A stretch of 64,000 nt of DNA from Hydrolagus colliei. Taxonomy: Eukaryota. The notes beneath the pieces were generated by a model, which ran no database searches, was not told where the DNA came from, and saw nothing but the letters and a program-made list of their open reading frames with translations. The stretch is taken from contig CM068751.1 in assembly GCA_035084275.1 (NCBI GenBank), forward strand, positions 19,902,001-19,966,000. Reading direction: 5' to 3'. Shown here piece by piece: positions 60,764-64,000 of this stretch. Both the position numbers and the translations under genes were made by a program. Position 1 is the stretch's first letter, and every line of letters begins with the position of its first letter.

Positions 60764-63105
60764 ATGAACATTAGAAGACCTTATCTGTTTTGCCTTCTTG
60801 ATGTGCACGATATTTGTTTCACATACACGGTCAGTGCAGTTAGATACAGGCGCAGTCTGCACTGTTAAACACGCAGTCATTAAGTTACATACAGAGTCAG
60901 AACCGAGTCAGTTGGTTCTGCAGTGCATGTAAAGAGGGTAGAGCCTTGCACGTTTGTGACCTGCACCGAACCTGGGTTGCTCTGTGTGCACGCCCTCCCA
61001 TCTCTCAACTGAGATTACTTTAGTGAGTTTGTGAAGAAGGAGGTTAGACAACGCAGAGGAGTTCTGAATCAAGCATAGTGATGATACTCTTGTGTCTATG
61101 GTTTATCTGTACATGTAACTCCATCAGGGCGGTGAGGCTTTGGCGAGCTGACTACATGTGGGGGTAGGGGAGGGGTGGTGGGGCGCGGTCAGTTCCATGG
61201 GTGCTGCTGTACACACTCCACACTTTCAATCCAAAATCTATCTTGGACATCACCTAGGCAATCATACGTCCTGTAGGAGGCAAGACCAGGAAGCGATTCT
61301 CAGCTCATATAGGAAGTTACTTCCAGAGGTTTGCTCAGTTGGTAACTAGTCAGGAAGGTTTGATGCCCACAAATGTATTCAGGCACCCAGAGCCTAACTG
61401 ACGATTGTCCTAAATGCCCCTCGGCTCGAGTCAGTGGAAATCAGAGGAGCTCTCATTCTCACTGGCTCCCTGAAGTATTGGCTGCCTGGAAGGGCACGAG
61501 AGTGGACGCCTGGTGAGGAAAGTGTTGGGCCTGGCTACAATCCTTCCCATGGTTGAATAGCGTGGACGCTTACATATGAAGAGTAGCCCCTTGAATGAGT
61601 TTGGTGCCAGTGATTTCATATCCCATTAAGAGTCATCCAGGTCAGGAAAGGAGAAAACTGATGAGAATGTCATTTTAACAGTTAAATATTAATAATCAAC
61701 ATTTGATAGAATCCTTATAACATTGAAATGCCTGTGACCGTCTTTACCAGTTTTAACTGGTTGAGACGGTTAGCCAGAACACCAAGAGAAACTCCTCTCA
61801 GCTCGATCAGTGTCATGCACCAATCCTCCAGTAGAGTGTTGGACGCTGAAATCTCCGTTTACAACCAGATTTGAAGCCATTCCCTTGTAAAGGGATAGCC
61901 GAGCACTTCTCATTAGGCAGGCACCTGACTGCTCCACTCATTTCCACTTTCTCCCATCCATCCCTTTTATTCCCCCCTCTCCCAAGCTGCTCTCCCTGAA
62001 TGAGTTCCCTGAATGTCAGCAGCCTTGTTTGATAGCCTGGCTTCAAGTGACGTAACAGTTAATCAAATCAGTAAATGCAGTGAGTAGTACAGTATGTGTA
62101 GTCAATGATTGTCTAGAAAGCAGCATAAGGTCTCTCTCAGTAATAGGAGAGGCAGTGTTCTGCATGGGATGTCAGACACAGCATCAATACAGAACTAATC
62201 ATGTAGAGGAAGATATTACGGAGCGATAAAGCATGGAATGCAGGTTCCTGGATGCTTTCCAAAAGTCTGATGTGTTTAATTCTTTTTTTATGTGAACTGT
62301 AATACACTATCTTTTTTTTACAGCATAGCGCCCAACCTGGAATCTGTTATCTGTGCTTTAATTCCATTATATCAATAAAACATTCTCTTTCCGTGGGGTG
62401 GAGTGGGTTTACACATTCACAGACGGGATGACTTTGAGGCTGTAAATTCAGAGCTGCTCTCACATACTCGCGAGACACTGATGCCACCTCTGCCGCCAGC
62501 CCACAAACTCCCTTGAGCGATGAATCCTAAATCAATCACTTGCTTTAAATGCTTTCGTTTATATTATTCTCCACCGTGACATATACCCCTTATGGCACTG
62601 TATTCGTTATTGGGAATGGTGTGGTGGGGCGGAGGTTCTGTTCATCATGCAAAGAATTATGTCTGACCCACCCACTCCCCCCTGCTTATCTTGAAGTACT
62701 GCCTCAAATACTGTCTTTGGATTATGCCTTTGGTCACCTTTACCCCTACCCACCCCTCGCCCACCCCCACTCCCTTGCTCAATCACTGTAAAGCACTCAG
62801 AGATTTTATACTATGTGATGGCCGCTATATAAATCATAAAAAAAGAGCTATCCCTTCAAAAGAATTGTCTCCTAAATTAAGCCTGAATTTAAGAAATCCC
62901 ACGCCCTGTTCAGATTTACAACAACTTGCATTGGTATAGTGCCCCTCAGGCCTTAATGTTGGGGTGCAGGAAACAGAAGCTCGGCACTCACTCCAGATGT
63001 GACAGAATAAACAAACTAATTGAAATGGATATTGACCAAGTCATAATACGCTCCCGAGCTCCAGTATACAAGTGGTCTGTGAGTCCCAGGAGCCATGGCA
63101 AAGCC

Positions 63106-63128
63106 CTTTGTTATGCAAACATGCAAAT
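63106..63128 (+). promoter_or_regulatory. Sox-Oct composite motif plus an adjacent perfect octamer
   Basis: CTTTGTTATGCAAAC (1 mismatch to CTTTGTTATGCAAAT) immediately followed by ATGCAAAT, within repeat-free sequence. Confidence 0.5.
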
Positions 63129-63867
63129 TTGTTAATGAGATGCTCAGAACCTCAGCCATATAAATAGGTAATTAAAATAATGACTGAGAAGGCTGGACAT
63201 GGCTTTGTGTCAGCACTGATTAATTATTGCATTAAAAACAAGCCAGCTTCAACACTACAAACGTGACTCACTCCAGGGCTGGCTTAACAAGTGGTCAGTG
63301 AGGCTTGTTGGAATGTGGCAGTGGGTTTAAAAGGTGAAAGTCAACAAGCGTAACGTCTCGTGCTGAGTTAGGCCGGGGTCAACCTCCAACCATCACAAGC
63401 TCCTCGCCTAGGCACGGAAACTCGGCTTTCTCCTTCACTTCTGCCTAAATTACAGCAGCAGAAAGAGGAAGAAAAGGCCAAAAGCAAAGTCACCTAGTAA
63501 TTCAAACGCTGTACCAATGTTAAACAGCGAGACTGCACAAGGTCGAGGCTACAATGGCAGTAAGAACTAAGAACCCCAGCTCCAGCCCTCACCCACTGGC
63601 TCGTCTTCAGGATCTCGTCGTCAAGTGTTTCGTAAGCAATTCTTTTTGACCGCAAACAATATCGATCAGAACAGTTTTATGACACAAATTCAATTTCCAA
63701 CAATTTACTGCCGATTTCCATTTCTCTCTGACAACTATCAGTTGGTCATCTGCCGTCTCCCCATCTTGTGCTTTGGGCGTTATTGTTTTCACACTCACTG
63801 AGCACTGAATTTGTTGTTGCGGACTAAGTTCCATCTTCAGTAAGTTTAATGGGACACAGGCAAGCTG

Positions 63868-64000
63868 GGTGTCAGCCTGACTCAGTTGGTTGGTTGCTAA
63901 CACTCTTGCCTCTGAGTCACAAGCTTGTCGATTCACTTCAGGACTTTGAACTTATAGCTTCAGCTGATCCTCTTAATACTGCACAGTGCTTGAGACTCGA
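63868..64000 (+). mobile_element. Old tRNA-headed SINE 5' part (SacSINE1-like), running off the window
   Basis: gtcagcctgactcagttgg..cactcttgcctctgagtcacaag. Confidence 0.55.

Larger units (their letters stand above)
15730..64000 (+). other. MECOM: 5' part of MECOM intron 2 (more than 48 kb)
   Basis: Starts at the gtaagt donor; no exon 3-like sequence (CIDASQPDVGSWLKYIR) or zinc-finger ORF in the ORF track. Confidence 0.75.

Overview
Vertebrate (cartilaginous-fish-like, probably holocephalan) genomic DNA lying entirely within the MECOM (MDS1-EVI1/PRDM3) locus. The only recognisable protein-coding sequence is the 338-nt PR-domain exon 2 (15392-15729, + strand). It is preceded by more than 15 kb of intron 1 and followed by more than 48 kb of intron 2. 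The introns are dense with retroposons: about 20 copies or fragments of one young tRNA-headed, Deu-type SINE with an L2-like tail, older Deu-domain and LF-SINE-like remnants, and CR1, L2, Penelope-like and possibly RTE fragments. There are also MITE-like inverted-repeat elements, microsatellites, a 158-N assembly gap and several repeat-free, TF-motif-rich blocks that look like enhancers. No prokaryote-type system (CRISPR, operon) is present. The most interesting leads are a candidate 15-nt poison microexon 2.1 kb upstream of exon 2, inverted SINEs flanking exon 2 with an ORF that stays open across the predicted back-splice junction, a decayed hammerhead-ribozyme motif in a Penelope-type terminal repeat, a W-to-Y change in the PR domain, and Sox-Oct and PBX-MEIS motif clusters. 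Repeat family assignments come from remembered consensus motifs, not from database searches, and repeat boundaries are approximate.
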